64,000 bases of DNA from the human T2T-CHM13v2.0 reference genome, Homo sapiens. Of this stretch, positions 47,740-62,899 are shown piece after piece. The position numbers and the translations under genes were made by a program. Below the pieces are notes generated by a model. It did no database searches and had not been told where the DNA came from. It saw only the letters and a program-made list of their open reading frames with translations. Within the stretch, counting starts at the first letter, position 1, and each line of letters opens with the position of its first letter. The stretch is from assembly GCF_009914755.1 (NCBI RefSeq), contig NC_060928.1; one strand, 5' to 3'.

Positions 47740-48110
47740 CTCTGACTAGGATTTCATAGTCTAACTCCCTTGGATGTAAATGTGGTCCTAAGTCTTGTTC
47801 TTACTAATGGAACGTGAGCATAAGTCATATATCTCATTCTCAGCTAACAATTTAGAAAGTAGATGTGCTCTCTACAACCGATTTTTCCCTTCAGCCAGTG
47901 GGATACAAAGAACCAGAAGACCCTAAGGGATGGTAAAGACACAAGATGGAAGGAGACCAAGTCTCCAAATTACTGCAAGAAGGAATTCCACCTATCAAGC
48001 AAGACAGCTGCTTTGAAATGTTATGTTAATAAGGAAAAAAAATCACTTGTATTCATTAAACCACTAGCATTTGAGGTTTCTTTGTGACAACAGTTCTTAA
48101 TAATTAATAC
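47740..48110 (+). mobile_element. Old MLT1-like LTR remnant
   Basis: ccaatggaatgtgagca-like motif, acaagatggaaggag, ...attaaaccactagcatttgaggtttctttgtgacaacag. Confidence 0.5.
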
Positions 48111-48430
48111 AGGCAGAGTGTTCCATTGTGTAATTCATGTCCAATAAATTGTGAACATACTCATCATCACAGCTACTCAATGGTAGATAAAATTTTCTTA
48201 TATAATATTTCTACGGGAGTTTACATGGTCATTCACTGTAAATTAGGTTTCAGTATACTTTGAGTTTGCTTTATTTCACTTTTCAAATCAGGGATAGATA
48301 ACTGTCATATTGCCTTTCCCATTTATTTTATGACAGATATGAGGTTCTAAAATTTTAAAAATTTTTATTCATTTGTGAGTAATTTTCTGATATTTCCCAT
48401 CATGTCAGTATAGTTTGACTGCTGATATTG

Positions 48431-49372
48431 TAGTTGATCCACTTTATTTGCAAATTCCAAATTAGCAAATTCACCTACTCACTGTAATTTATTTAAAATC
48501 CTAAAACCAGTATCTGGAGGGCTTTCATAGTGACTTGCAGACAGTGCAAAGTAGAAGAAAATTTGAATCACCTGATGCACCTGTTCCCCATGTAAGGCAG
48601 AACAAGGGAACTATTTCTTATCTTCTCCTTACATACAATCATGGCCATACCATGGCCTTACCTACAACCATGGCCAGAGGAGGTAGACAGTAGGGGGCAG
48701 TGCAGTGTAGGGCAAGAAGCTCCTGCGCTGGGGCTCGTTGGCTGCATTTTGAATTTCAATTGTAGCATCTGTTGGTGGAGTGGCCTCAGTTAAGTCACTT
48801 AACACTTCATTTATTTACTCTTGTGTAAATTTATTTACTCTTGTGACATAAAGAAAATAAAATCTACCAATACTAGATGTATTTAGGATTTAAGATTGTA
48901 ATCTATTATCTATCTATGTCTATTCATATCTTTATATCTATTCATCTCTATATATGGACATATATAGATTTTTATATATTTATAGATATATATGGATATG
49001 TATATTCACATGTCTCTCTAGATATATCTATAGATATATAGAAAGCTATATAATGATATATGTCCCTGTAGATGTATCTATCTATAGATACATAAATATA
49101 TTTATATATAATATATAATTATATGTATTTATATTATATACACATAATTATATGTAATTATATATACATATAATTATATGTAATTATATATGAATATAGT
49201 TATATGTAATTATACATATACATATAATTATATAGATATCTATATCTCTCTCTTTCTCTCTGTGTGTATATATAGATATATATTTCCCCTACGAGCAATG
49301 GTCAGTATTGCTAATTCAGCATTTACAGAAACTTTGTAGAACACACCTTCTGTGAGTAATGAGAATCGACTG
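48431..49372. mobile_element. MER6/MER6A DNA transposon with internal MIR-like segment and expanded TA tract
   Basis: Left end tagttgatcc..ttatttgcaaattcc..attcacctactc; right end tatttcccctacgagcaatggtcagtattgctaattcag...gagaatcgactg|TA; TA-rich tract at about 48900-49280. Confidence 0.75.
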
Positions 49373-49374
49373 TA

Positions 49375-51575
49375 CAAGTGTATCTTGGAGATATTGCAGA
49401 TTTGGTTCCAGAAGACTACAATAAAGTGAATATCACAATAAAGTGACTCACACATATTTTTGAGTTTCCCAGTGCATATGAAAGTTGTGTTTACACTATA
49501 CTATAGTCTATTAAGTATACAATAGCATTATACCTGAAAACACAATATACACACCTTAATCAAAAATGTTTACGAGCCTCCAGTGGTTTTAATCATTTTG
49601 CTGGTAGAGAGACTTGCCTCGATGTTGATGGATGCTATCAGGGTAGTAGTTGCTGATGATGATTGGGGTGGCTGTGTCAATTTCTTAGAATAAGACAACA
49701 ATGAAATTTGCTGCATTGATTTTGATGGACTTGTCCTTTCACACAAGATTTTTCTTGTAGCATGTGATTCTGTTTGATATCCTTTTATCCACAGTAAAAC
49801 TTCTTTCAAAGAGGGGTTAATTTTCTCAAACCCCGACACTGCTTTATCAACTAAGTTTATGTAATAATCTAAATCCTTTGCTGATATTTCAACAATGTTC
49901 ACACCCTTACCAGGAGTAGATTCTATATCAAAAGAAACACTCTCTCTCTGCTCAACTCCTCATCCCTTCACGTTTTATCATGAGATTGCACCAACTCAGT
50001 CACATCTTCAAGCTCCACTTCTAATTCTAGTTCTCTTACTATTTCCATGACAAATGTAGTCACCTCCTCCCCTGAAGTCTTGAACTCCTCAAAGTCATCC
50101 ATGAGCATTGGAATCAATTTCCTCCAAACTCCTATTAATATGACATTACCTTCTCCCATGAATCACAAACGTTCTTGATGACATCTAGAATGGTGAATCC
50201 TTTCTGGAAGCTCTTCAATTTACATGACTCAGATCCATCAGAGGAGTCACTGTCTATGGCAGCAACAGCCTTTTGAAATGTGTTTCTTAAATAATAAAAC
50301 TTGAAAATCAAAATTACTTCTTGATCCAGGGACTGCAGAATAGATGTTGCACTGGCAGCCATGAAAACAACATTAATCTCCTTGTACATCTTAATCAGAG
50401 CTCTTGGGTGACCAGGTGCATTGTCAGTGAGCAGTAATATTTTGAAAGGAATTTTATTTTCTGAGAATTTTATTTTCTCATCAGTAGGCTTAAATATTCA
50501 GTAAATTATGCTATAGACAGATGTTCTGTCATCCAGGCTTTGTTGTTCCATTTATAGGGCACAGTCAGAGTAGATTCAGTGTAATTCTTAAGGGCTCTAG
50601 GAATTTCAGAATGGTAAGGTTTAGCATTGGCTTCAACTTAAAGTCACCAGCTGCATTCACCTGTAACAAGAGAGTCAGCCTGTGCTTTGAAATTTGAAAA
50701 CCAGGCCTTGACTTTTCCTCTCTATCTATGATATTTTTTCCCTATATAAGGCTGTTTTGTCTATCTTGAAAATCTGTTGTTTGGTGCAGGTACCTTCATC
50801 CATGGCCTTAGCTAGATCTTCTAGATAACTTGCTGCAGCTTCTACATCAGCGTCTACTGCTTCACCTTGCATTTTTGTTTTATATGGATGGTTTCTTTCT
50901 TTAAACCTCATGAACCAACCTCTCCTGGCTTCCAACTTTTCTTCCACAATTTCCTCACATCTCTTGTCCTTCATAGCATTGTAGAGAGCTAAGGCCTTGC
51001 TCTGAATTAGGCTTTCACTTAAGGAAATGTGACTTTGTTTGATCTATCCAAAGCACTAAAACTTTCTCCGTATCAGCAATAAGACTTCTTTGCTTTTTTA
51101 CCATTTGTGTTTTTACTGGAGTAGCACTTTTTAATTTGTGTCAAGAACTTTTCCCTTTTTTTTTTAATTTGAATAAATGTAAGAGGTACAAGTGTAGTTT
51201 TTTTACATGGACATATTGCCTAGTGGTGAGTCTGGGCTTTTACTGTGACCATCGCCTGAATAGTGTACATTGTGAAGAACTTTTCCTTTGCATTCACAAC
51301 TTGGCCAACTGGCACAAGAGACCCAGCTTGGGGCCTGTGGTGGCTTTCAGCATGCCTTCTTTATTAAGCTTAATCATTTTTAGCTTTTGATTTAAGCTGA
51401 AAGACATGCTATTCTTCCTTTCGCTTCAACACTTAGAAGCCGTTGTAGGGTTCTAAACTGGCCTAATTTCAATATTGTGTCTCAGACAATAGAGAGGCCT
51501 GAGGAGAGGGAACAGATGGGAAACTCAGGTTGTTGCAGCAGTCAGAACACTCGCCATTTATGTATTAAGTTTATG
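49375..51575 (-). mobile_element. Tigger1 DNA transposon, decayed transposase
   Basis: Tigger1 terminus (..ggagatattgcagatttggttccaga..caataaagtgaatatcacaataaag). Minus-strand ORF fragments resemble the pogo/Tigger1 DDE transposase ([44 protein letters not shown]). Confidence 0.93.
51155..51274 (-). mobile_element. 120-bp L1 3' end (L1MA/PB-like) inserted into Tigger1
   Basis: Poly-T plus ggtacaagtgtagtttt..tacatggacatattg; 12-bp TSD aagaacttttcc at 51143-51154 and 51275-51286. Confidence 0.8.
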
Positions 51576-51905
51576 CCTCTTACTATCTTCCTTGAGATCA
51601 CTCCCTTAATAATAATAGGAAGTGCTTTGTGTAATTTTCATGGAGCTTGAGAGGAGAGATACTAGGGAATGATTTCTTCTTTTTTCATGGACAGTATAAA
51701 TGTTTTGTTTGCACAGCATTTCAATTTCACTTTCAACTACTTTAAGTCATCTACATTTGAAAATAGAAATAAAGAAAATCTTGTAAGCAATTATTAAGAA
51801 AATTATAAATATGATAAAATATGATTTTACCTATTAATGTAAGTCTAAATAGGTAAATTTACATTGAGAAATTAAAAATAATAATTTATTTATCTGTATA
51901 CCTAT

Positions 51906-53094
<1,189 letters not shown>

Positions 53095-55029
53095 CTACTG
53101 AATGCTACAAACCATTCCAGGAGCTATTACTGGGTTAGTTTTAAGGTTCTTAGCCACCCCAATAATTAGAGGATATTATCCTAAAACAATGCAATTCAAG
53201 GGAATATTTATATCGTAGAGCTTTAATTTCACTTTTCTGTTTGTGAGCAGAACTGGCATTTTAATAAAGGCTCAGGGCATTTCTCGTAGTGTATAATTCA
53301 CAAGACAAAAATTGAAGTATAAGATAGGAACGAACTTGAATGTAAAAGTAAGAGCATTTTTATTTATTCACTATTTCTCTTTGATCCTCAAAGTAATAAG
53401 TATTTTAAATTATAGAACTAAGTTCATACTCTGCTTTACTTTTCCATCTCATATTTTAAGCTGTCTACAAACTTAGCTCATCACTGGATTCTGGCTTGGA
53501 ATTGTTGTCACTTCTTATTGTTTTCTATTTTGGTAGAATCAGTCAAAAGAATATCATCCCAGTAGAAAGATGTGACCAATTGCTTTAAAAAAAATTATAT
53601 TTTGACTGAATCAAGAAAGTAGAAGGTTCATTTAAACTCTGTAGAAGAACCCTCATCAGTCTCTCCATATTGCTTTTGACAATGCCTGAGAGACTGTTAT
53701 ATATTATGTTTATTTTTAGAGTCAACCAATCTCTTTTAACTTAGACTGCAGGATGAAAAAAGCAATAACACTCTCAGATAGCTCTTAGGTTACTGTGAGT
53801 GAGCTGAATTATTTCTTTCTATTAGAAGCTGCTGTCCTATTCTTCACTTCCTACAGATTTCTTTAGAATTAACACAGAAAAAAATGTTATCTTTTTTGGG
53901 TCTATTGATGAACTTAATCTTTTCATTATTGCATGTGAACTTAAGTCATAATAAAGCAGGCTGACTCTGAGTTTTATTCATCTTTGTGTCTGAAAGGCCA
54001 TTGCAATTTTATTTTTCTAATTAAATTGATCTAGACAACAGTTCAACTTCCTCAAACATAAATATTTCAAAAGAGCTTGCTGCCACAAGCATCCCCTTCA
54101 AAGTTAAAGATTTAGAATATAAACTCTTGTTGACTGTTCTGCTTTTGAATGCATTAGAAAATGCCTTAGGGAATAAAAGGTAAGCACAGAGTTTCACTCA
54201 AAAGTATTTGCTTTGTTTTTCCAAGTAAATTCATGCTGAAATGCAAAATCAGAGTCTCATATTGATTACCTTTCAGTGACCAGGCAAAAAAATAGTAAAG
54301 AACATTTCAAAGTTTAGAGTAGGAATATATCAGAAAATATCTAAAGGTACTGTAATTACTGAAATACATACAGACTCAAACTTCAATTAACAAGTTAGAT
54401 TTCACAGGTGGAAAACACCTGCTTTTTTTTCTGTTGTCCAATTCTGTGCTCCATTTTTATTTGACTTATTTTATCACTGTGTTCTGCTTTCTATTTATGA
54501 ACAATTGGCTCTTATTCAAAGCAGCTGATGCCCTTCTTTTGCATATAAGTGGCAACTATTCTGAAGCTGTGACCACAGGAAGAAAATGTGTGGGGTGGTG
54601 GTGGCCGTATTCAGGTGTGCATTGCTTAAAGAAACTTGAAAACTATATATAGATGTTGGAAATAAGAAAATGATGGGATGCATAAAAAGATATAAAATAC
54701 CATTTGCTATTCAAAAGCATTTATCGCTGTCTAAATATTAGCTTTCTTTATATATATATATATATAGCTTTCTTTATATAGCTTTCTTTATATTTATTTA
54801 TATAATGCACAAAGTTTTAGAAAAGAGGCACTGTAAAAATAGGTAACAAATTCAATTCTTTGTACGATAGCTTCACAAATTAAGAAAACCCATGTATCAT
54901 GATTTGGGGAATTATTGCCACCTGTCAGTGATATGTTAAAGTTGATATGGATGTTAATTGAATGTGGTTAGAGAAAATTATGGGATGTATCATTTACCTA
55001 TTAGCTTATGAATTCCAGAGTCATATTAA

Positions 55030-55394
<365 letters not shown>

Positions 55395-55569
55395 AGATGT
55401 AGGAGGTTAAAGGGTACTCTTCTCTGTCTCTCTGTGATACCTTTTCTTTCAAAAATATCTTATTACTTCCCAGAGAATAATTTGAATGGCAAAAGTACTT
55501 CATTGATGAAAATACAGAAACAGTTTTATTTAAAACTCAGGTGAGCATTTACCTGCTGGTAAGTTTTGC

Positions 55570-55820
55570 CTCCTCACACCTTCCTCCCCTTCTTTCCCCT
55601 TCTTACACTCAGCCTTCACCTTCCTTTCTTTTCCTATCTTTTCTTCCTCCTTTACTGCCCTTTCCTTCTTCCCTTCTTTTACTATGTGTTCATTCTTTTC
55701 TTTTTTTTCTGTTCTTTCTTACATTTTTTTTTGTTTTCTTCTTTTCCTTTTCCTTTATCTTGCCTTTCATTTTTCTCTCCCTTTATTTTTCCCAAGCTTT
55801 TTGCTTTTTTCTCTCTTTTG
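55570..55820 (+). repeat. Low-complexity polypyrimidine (CT-rich) tract
   Basis: About 250 bp that is almost entirely C/T; the source of the Phe/Leu/Ser-rich spurious ORFs. Confidence 0.9.
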
Positions 55821-55828
55821 TTTAGCCA

Positions 55829-55831
<3 letters not shown>

Positions 55832-55859
<28 letters not shown>

Positions 55860-56142
55860 GAGACAGAGTCTTGCTCTGTCGCCCAGGTTGGAGTGCAGTG
55901 GTGCCATCTTGGCTCACTGCAATCTCTGCCTCCCTAGGTTCAAGCGATTCTCCTGCCTCAGCCTCCTGAGTAGCTGGGACTACAGGTGCCCACCACCACG
56001 CCCAGCTAATTTTTATATTTTTAGTAGAGAAAGGGTTTCACCATGTTGGCCAGGCTGGCCTCGAACTCCTGACTTCAGTTGATACACCCACATCGGCCTC
56101 CAAAAGTGCTGGGATTACAGGCGTGAGCCACCGCGCCTGGCC
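55832..56142 (-). mobile_element. AluS element
   Basis: Long poly-T; 13-bp TSD tttagccactctt at 55821-55833 and 56145-56157. Confidence 0.96.
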
Positions 56143-56791
56143 TATTTAGCCACTCTTCATGTCTCTTTCTTTCTTTTCATTTTTCCCTTTCACATAGAGG
56201 CCTTACATGCAGCACTGGAAATAAACTAAGAAATAAGAGTTATTGCCTTTAAAACAATGTCCAGTAAAATTTCACAGAAAGCTACAAATAATGACTATTC
56301 ATTGTGAAATATATATACGCATATACTCTTGCTGGGTTCCCTGAGGGCAGATGTTGGATCTTGCTCATCTCTATAACCTCCTTACCTGATGCTGCCTAGC
56401 ACAGGGAAGCGGGCAGTGTTCATGTCCTTCCCAGATACCAGTGTCTGGCCTGCTGCACCCATCCTTTCTCCTTGTGAGTATTGCCTGCCTCATATTCAGG
56501 AAAGCTGCTCTTGGCCCAATGCTAATGGCTATGCTCTCCAAATAATGGACTTCCCAGGTTGCCTCAAGGGGATATAAGAATCAAGTGTAGGTACAAAGTT
56601 ATGTTTTGAACATGAGAAACGGCTGCACCAGTTTCAGTTGTCAATTTCCATGCATCAACATTCACAAAATTGACCCCATGATAGGTATCTGCTATTTGCT
56701 TGTGGACTCCTGCCACAGTTGACTTCCTTTGTACACAGGTGTTAGATAGAAAGTTGTTGCTATAGAAAGTAAGTGAGAGGTACTTGGATAA

Positions 56792-57139
56792 CATCTTAGT
56801 CCATTTGGGCTGTTATAATAAACATAGCATGGACTCGATTACATATAAACAACTGAAGTTTATTTTCTATTTTTCTAGAGGCTGGGAGGTGGAAGGTCAA
56901 GGTGCTAGAGGATTTGGTGACTGGTGAAGGCTGGCTTCCTGGTTCCCAGAAGGCTATCTTCTCACTGTGTTCTTACATGGTGGAGGGAACAAAGAGGCTC
57001 TCTGGAATCTCTTTTATAAGGGATTTAATCCCATTCATGGACTAATTACCTCTCAAAGGCCCCACCTTTAAATACCATCACATTGAGGATTAGGTTTCAA
57101 AATATGAATTTTGCAGACATACCCTTTCCATCCATAGCA
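56792..57139 (-). mobile_element. MLT1A-like solo LTR
   Basis: tcttagtccatttgggctgttataa...ggctgggaggt..aaggtcaagg...ctcttttataaggg...attacctctcaaaggccccacct...ccatagca. Confidence 0.85.
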
Positions 57140-57284
57140 GATGTCTGCGTTTCTATGGGATCAGACATAAGCTATGCTCTAGCTGAGACGACATCCTGGC
57201 TTTATTCTGCCCCCACCCCCTCCTGCTCCCCTCACTTTTTTCCTTGAGAGCACTCCCTTAATAAGTTACATGCACCCCCTTTCC

Positions 57285-59135
57285 CTTATTATTAGCATCT
57301 TGCATTAGTGTTGTGGATGTGTTATAATTAATTAGCCAGTTTTGATGTTATTATTAACTAATGTGCATAGATTTCATTAGAGTTTACTCTTTGTGTTGTA
57401 GAATCTATGGGTTTTGGAAGATATATAATGGCACATATTCACCCGTACCGTATCATACAGAACACTTTCACTGACCTAAAAATCTCCTGCACTCCACCAT
57501 TGATCTCTCACTCCCTTCCCCCAAGCCCCAGGGAACCACGGATCTATTTACTGTCTCTATAGTTTTACCTTTTCCAAAATGTCAGATAGTTGAAATTATT
57601 AGAGAATGCAGCCTTTTCAGATTGGTTTCTTTCACGTAGCAATATGCATTTAAGTTTCCTCCATGTCTTTTGTGGCTTGATAACTCATTTCTTTTTGTTG
57701 CTCAATAATATTCCATTGTATGGATGTAGTACAGTTTTTATGTATTCACCTATTGAAGGACATCTTGGTTAATTTCAGATTTGGGAAATTATAATAAATG
57801 CTGTAAATATTCTTGCACAGATTTTTGTATATATGTAAGTTTTTAACTTGAGTAAATATCAAGGAACATAATTATGATTTTATGGTAAGAGAATGTGTAG
57901 ATTTGTAAGAAACGGCCAAACTATCTTTCAAAATGGCTGTGGCTTTTTGCCACCAGGAATGACTGGGAGTTCCTGTTACTCCACATCCTCACTGGCATTT
58001 GGTGTTTGTCAGTGTTTTGGGTTTTAGCCAATTTAATAGGTAGGTAGCTATATCTCATTCTTGTTTTAATTTAGAATTATCTAATGACATATGAAGTTGA
58101 GCATCTTGTCACATAAATTTTGCATCGGCAAATGTTCTTTGATTAGGAATCTGTTCAGATATTTTGCTCATTTTAAAATTGAATTTTCTTATTGTTGAGT
58201 TTTAAGAGTTCTTTATATATTTTGAATAATAATTCTTTATTAGGTATATATTTTGCAAATAATTTTTCCCAATTGTGTCTTATTTTTCATTCCCTAAAGA
58301 ATATATTTCACAGAACAGATTTGTTGTTGTTGTTGTAGTTGTTGTTGTTTTGAGACGGAGTCTTGCTCTATCACCCAGGCTGGAGTGCAGTGGCGAGATC
58401 TTGGCTCACGGAAACCTCCACCTTCTGGGTTCAAGTGATTCTTCCATCTCAGCCTCCTGAATAGCTGGGGTTACAGGTGCCCACCACCACACCCGGCTAC
58501 TTTTTGTATTTTTTTTTTTTTAATTAGAGACGGGGTTTTGCCATGTTGGCCAGGTTGGTCTTGAACTCCTGACCTCAGGGCATCCACCCACCTTGGCCTC
58601 CCAAAGTGCTGGGGTTACACATGTGAGCCACCCCACCCTGCTGAGACATTTTAATTTTAATAATGTCCATTTAATCAATTTTTTATGAATCATATATTTG
58701 GTGTCGTATCTAAAAAATCACCACCAAACTCTGGCTCACCTAGATTCTCTCCTATAGGAGGTTTATGGTTTTGAATATTATATTTAGGCCTGTGATCTAT
58801 TTTGAGTTAATTTTTGTGAAAAGTATTAATGTAAGGTCTGTCTCAAGTATTTTTTTCGTTTGCTTTCTTTTGCATATGGATGTGCAGTGTGAGAGCACCA
58901 TTTATTGAAAAGCTTATTCTTTATTCATTGAATTCTCTTTGTCCCTTTGTCAAAGATCAGTTGGTTATATTTGTGTGGGTATATTCCTTGGCTTTTTATT
59001 TCATTCTATTGATTGATTTGTATAGAATAATCTATTGTCAATGCAATTGTCTTAATTATTGTAGATTTATAGTAAATCTTGAAGTAGGTTAGTAGTATCA
59101 GCCCTACAACTTGTTTTTCTCCTTCAATATTGTCA
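57285..59135 (-). mobile_element. L1MC-like ancient LINE-1 3' region, with an Alu insertion
   Basis: ttattattaactaa..cattagagtttactctttgtgttgtaga; taatattccattgtatggatgt; ctattgaaggacatcttggtt; caccatttattgaaaag. Confidence 0.8.
58320..58642 (-). mobile_element. AluS element with (TTG)n tail
   Basis: Full-length antisense Alu inside the L1MC fragment. Confidence 0.94.
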
Positions 59136-61689
59136 TATTCTTTCTTCAATAAATACTTATTGAGTACTTGTATTTACTCTTCTATGAGAAATAGCAGTGA
59201 TTGTGACAGACAACAGTTCTGCATTCATGAAATTTATCATCTAGTGGGGTTTATTAGTTCTACATGCACACATTGACTTTTAGTATTTAATAAATACAAG
59301 CATGAAAATAAGTAGAGGTACATTGCATATTATAAATCTCCTGGTTGAATGTTAGTGTATAGTAACATATTCATGTACATGTAAGCATGTGTACATGAAA
59401 GTGAAATAAACTAAGTGCCTTGATTTTTTAAAATGAACTCTAATGATATTTTCTATAATCTTGTCTCCCCTTGCTTTCTCAGTATTTTATTTAAAAAAAA
59501 AGAAGTATATTGAACCAAATTCCTCTGTGGAATATTACCCCGAAAAATGCTCAGTGAACAATGCACTATTAGAAGGGATTTTTATAGAGCAAATAGTAGG
59601 AAAGTTGTACACAGGAATGCAGGGTAAGAAAAAATGTTTCAGATGTGGTGGTGATGGCTTTAACATAGAGAATCTTGGCTTGAAGTTCCAGGAAAGCCAT
59701 AAGGAGTGGGCTGATAAGGTTCAACAGTAAGCAGATAACCATTTCAGTGATTTTAAAGTCTAACTAGAGAAAGCTAGTGTTGGGCATGGTTAATCCTTGG
59801 AGAGTCTGGAACATAGTTGATTCATCAAAATGAGAGAAAAATTAAATGATTAATGATGTGATAATAGCGATGAGGCTAAAAAGAACATTTTTTGTAAGGT
59901 TATAGAAGTATTATGGCAAGAATTGGTAAGCCTGTTCTTTTGCAAGTTGATGATAAGGCAATATTACTCTGTTGGTAATCTAAGGTTACAGTAAATTGCA
60001 CATGAGCTGCTTTGCAGGGCTATTTTTAATTTGGGATGAAGCAAGAGAAATGCCCTAATGCATATGTTTTTGCAAGGGAATAAGGACATGGGAAACTCTA
60101 TTATACTGAGTCATAGCAGAATTTAGTGAACCACATCTGTGTCTTGCCTGGTTCATAGCTCAGGCTAATGTTTTAACCTGCTCAATAATAATCACTGAAA
60201 GACATCGGTGCTTAGATCAATGATATGGTTAGTGGAAAGTGTGTAACAACCATATTTATGGCATTTCCATTTCCTCATTCAATTAATTAATTAGAGATAC
60301 TTGGGATTTTGTTTTTGTTTTGTTTTTAATGTTTCATTTCTAGGCATAGAAAGCAATATAGAAATTATGTATAAAGTGTTATTTATGCTCTCCAAATTCT
60401 GCATTGCAAAAAGTTAGGTAAACTTAGGAATTAGATGGACTTATTTGTATGATCATTTTAAGGTATAGACAGTTATCTTCACTGAAATAATAAAAACATA
60501 TTATCATGTTATTAATCGTGTGTTTTGTTATCATATAGTGTTAATTCTAGGAACCACTAACAAAGGAGTTTTGAGTCATTTTTCTATTAACAGATTAATT
60601 TTTTTGAAGTAAAAATTTCCAGAAATACTAGGATCTCTCAGCAAGGGGAAGAAATGGGCAAACAAAATGACTAGGTTCTTATTACATAAATTATTTGATT
60701 AATTCAGCTTAGCAACCCTATCAGATATATGTTAATATCCACACTTTTCAGGTGTGGAATCTGAAGCCTATAGATTTTTTTTTAATTGCTCAAGTACTCA
60801 TGCCAAGTAAGTAAAAACCAACATTATGCAATACAATTTGATGGCTAAAAAGTACCCATATATTTACATACAAATTAAACTTTTTACATGTACTTCTTTC
60901 ACACACCACAAATACAAATGTATCTTCTTTTTCAGGTTTCTTAAATCAGGAACTTGCAGTTCTCTTCAAAAGCATAAAAGGAATGCTTACAGGTTCAAAA
61001 TATTGACTGAAGCTAACGTTTTCAAATTATTAGTTACATGCATACAACTATAAAGCTCAGGAAAAACTCCTTATATTTCTTTTATACAACTATAAAATTA
61101 ATAAGATATATGTTAGTACTAAATAAGATAGCAATACTAGTCAAACTTTTTAATAAGCCCTTAATGTTAAGAATAACATTAATTTTTGCAGAAATGATAT
61201 TTTGTTTATAATGTGCAATATACCGGCTTCTCATATGTAAGCTTTAAAAAATTTTTCCATGTAAATGCTAATGTGTCTCTTCATAATTCAGTTCTACTCA
61301 GGAACTTTAATTTTGAGAATACCTCTCAATGTCAAATGATCTTCAACACAGGTGTATCTTTCTGTGTTCCACTCATCTTTTCTTATAATTCTCTAGGATT
61401 ACAAGAGTACTCATCAGCTTCAAAGATGGTAGCATAAATGAAAGCACAAGAGCTAATGCTCTGGGCCATATTCGATTATACAGTGGTTATCCAGGCAGTT
61501 CATAATATGCTTATTGTGTTATTTATATTTTAATCTAAATGAAATAGAGCATTTTAAAATTTTTTGAACTCCCAATGATATATTTTTAGGCTCCCAGAAT
61601 TCCTAAGAACAATCTTCACTCATCCATGACTAACCTGAGGTGTCATGAATAATGTCCCCTTGAGTCCCTTCAGGAAGGGAGGGAGCATG

Positions 61690-62315
61690 GTGTGTGTGGA
61701 CTCCCCAAGATTACCCTTAGTCTTGATGACACACTGCAAGGATGCATGGAACTGAGAAAAAAATCGGTTATACTCATGGTTATAGTTTATTATGACAAAA
61801 GGATACAGGTTAATATTAACAAAGAAAAAGACAAAATTAGAAGAAACCAGATGTAAGCTTCTAGGCAGAGATAGTAGAGTTGCAAAAGGACCCACGTAGT
61901 TCTCCCAGCAATGTTATGTGACAGCACATGCTAAGTGTCATCAATCAGTAAAGCTTACCTGAGCTTTGGTGTCCAGGGTTTATGTTTGAGGTCAGATAAG
62001 CATGTAGTGACTGCATGACTGACTTCAGCTCCTCAGACTGCAGCCCTGCCCTGCCTCCCACTCAATCTCTACTCCCAGGAAAAATAGACATTCAACATAG
62101 GTCACATGGTTAAGGTAAACTTATCTGGTCAGATTGATACAATATGGCCTGAGGCCTCGGACATATAGAAACACTCTTTTCAGGAATTATATTCCCAGGG
62201 CTCTGAGGTTATCTCCAAGGAGCTGGCCAAAATTCAGTCCTGAAGACAGACCTTTCTTTGGAATGTTCAGGATTTGAGTAATTCAGACCTACTGAGTTAA
62301 CCTTTTACTGTCCAC
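61690..62315 (-). mobile_element. MER21-like solo LTR
   Basis: ccccaagattaccct..; gttatactcatggttatagtttattatg; ...gaccttctttggaatg..; end gagttaaccttttactgtccaca. Confidence 0.65.
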
Positions 62316-62899
62316 ATAAGAACACCATTATTTGATTAAATAATCCATAATAATGTTTGTCACCACATATTTAGCTTATAGAATGTGTCAAGCCCTGTTC
62401 AAACATTACCTTAGGTTTTTTTCTCAACAAATACAATATTAAATCCATTTGCTGATGAGGAACATAAAATCAGAAAACTAAATTTCCCACACCACATGGC
62501 TAGTAAATATTAAAGCTGGTATTTGAACAAAGTTCTATTTGATTTTATAGTCTTGCTCTACTCCCTCTACCATATACATTGCAGAAATTTGGAACTTCAT
62601 AGTCTATAGGAGAAATATCCAGTAAAATAATAGGACCTAGAGTCAATGAATGCAATATATATTGTCATGGCTTTGCTTAAGCACCCTGACAACCTGGCTT
62701 TAATCCTCACTCCTCTAGATTGCTCATTGTGGAACAATCAGTATACCAACTAGAAAATAACCACCAGAAAAAAGACTCTACTTTATAATCCTTTAGCCCT
62801 TTCACTGAATCTGCTTCTTCACATGTTTAACATTTTTAATGGAAGCTGGACATTGGAAATGACAGATTTTGAGGAGCATTGATTATATTGTCTTCCTTA

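Noticed and set aside
49570-50974. Transposase ORFs as a domesticated TIGD-like gene
   Set aside because: Broken into several short frames with stops and interrupted by an L1 fragment; a decayed Tigger1 copy.
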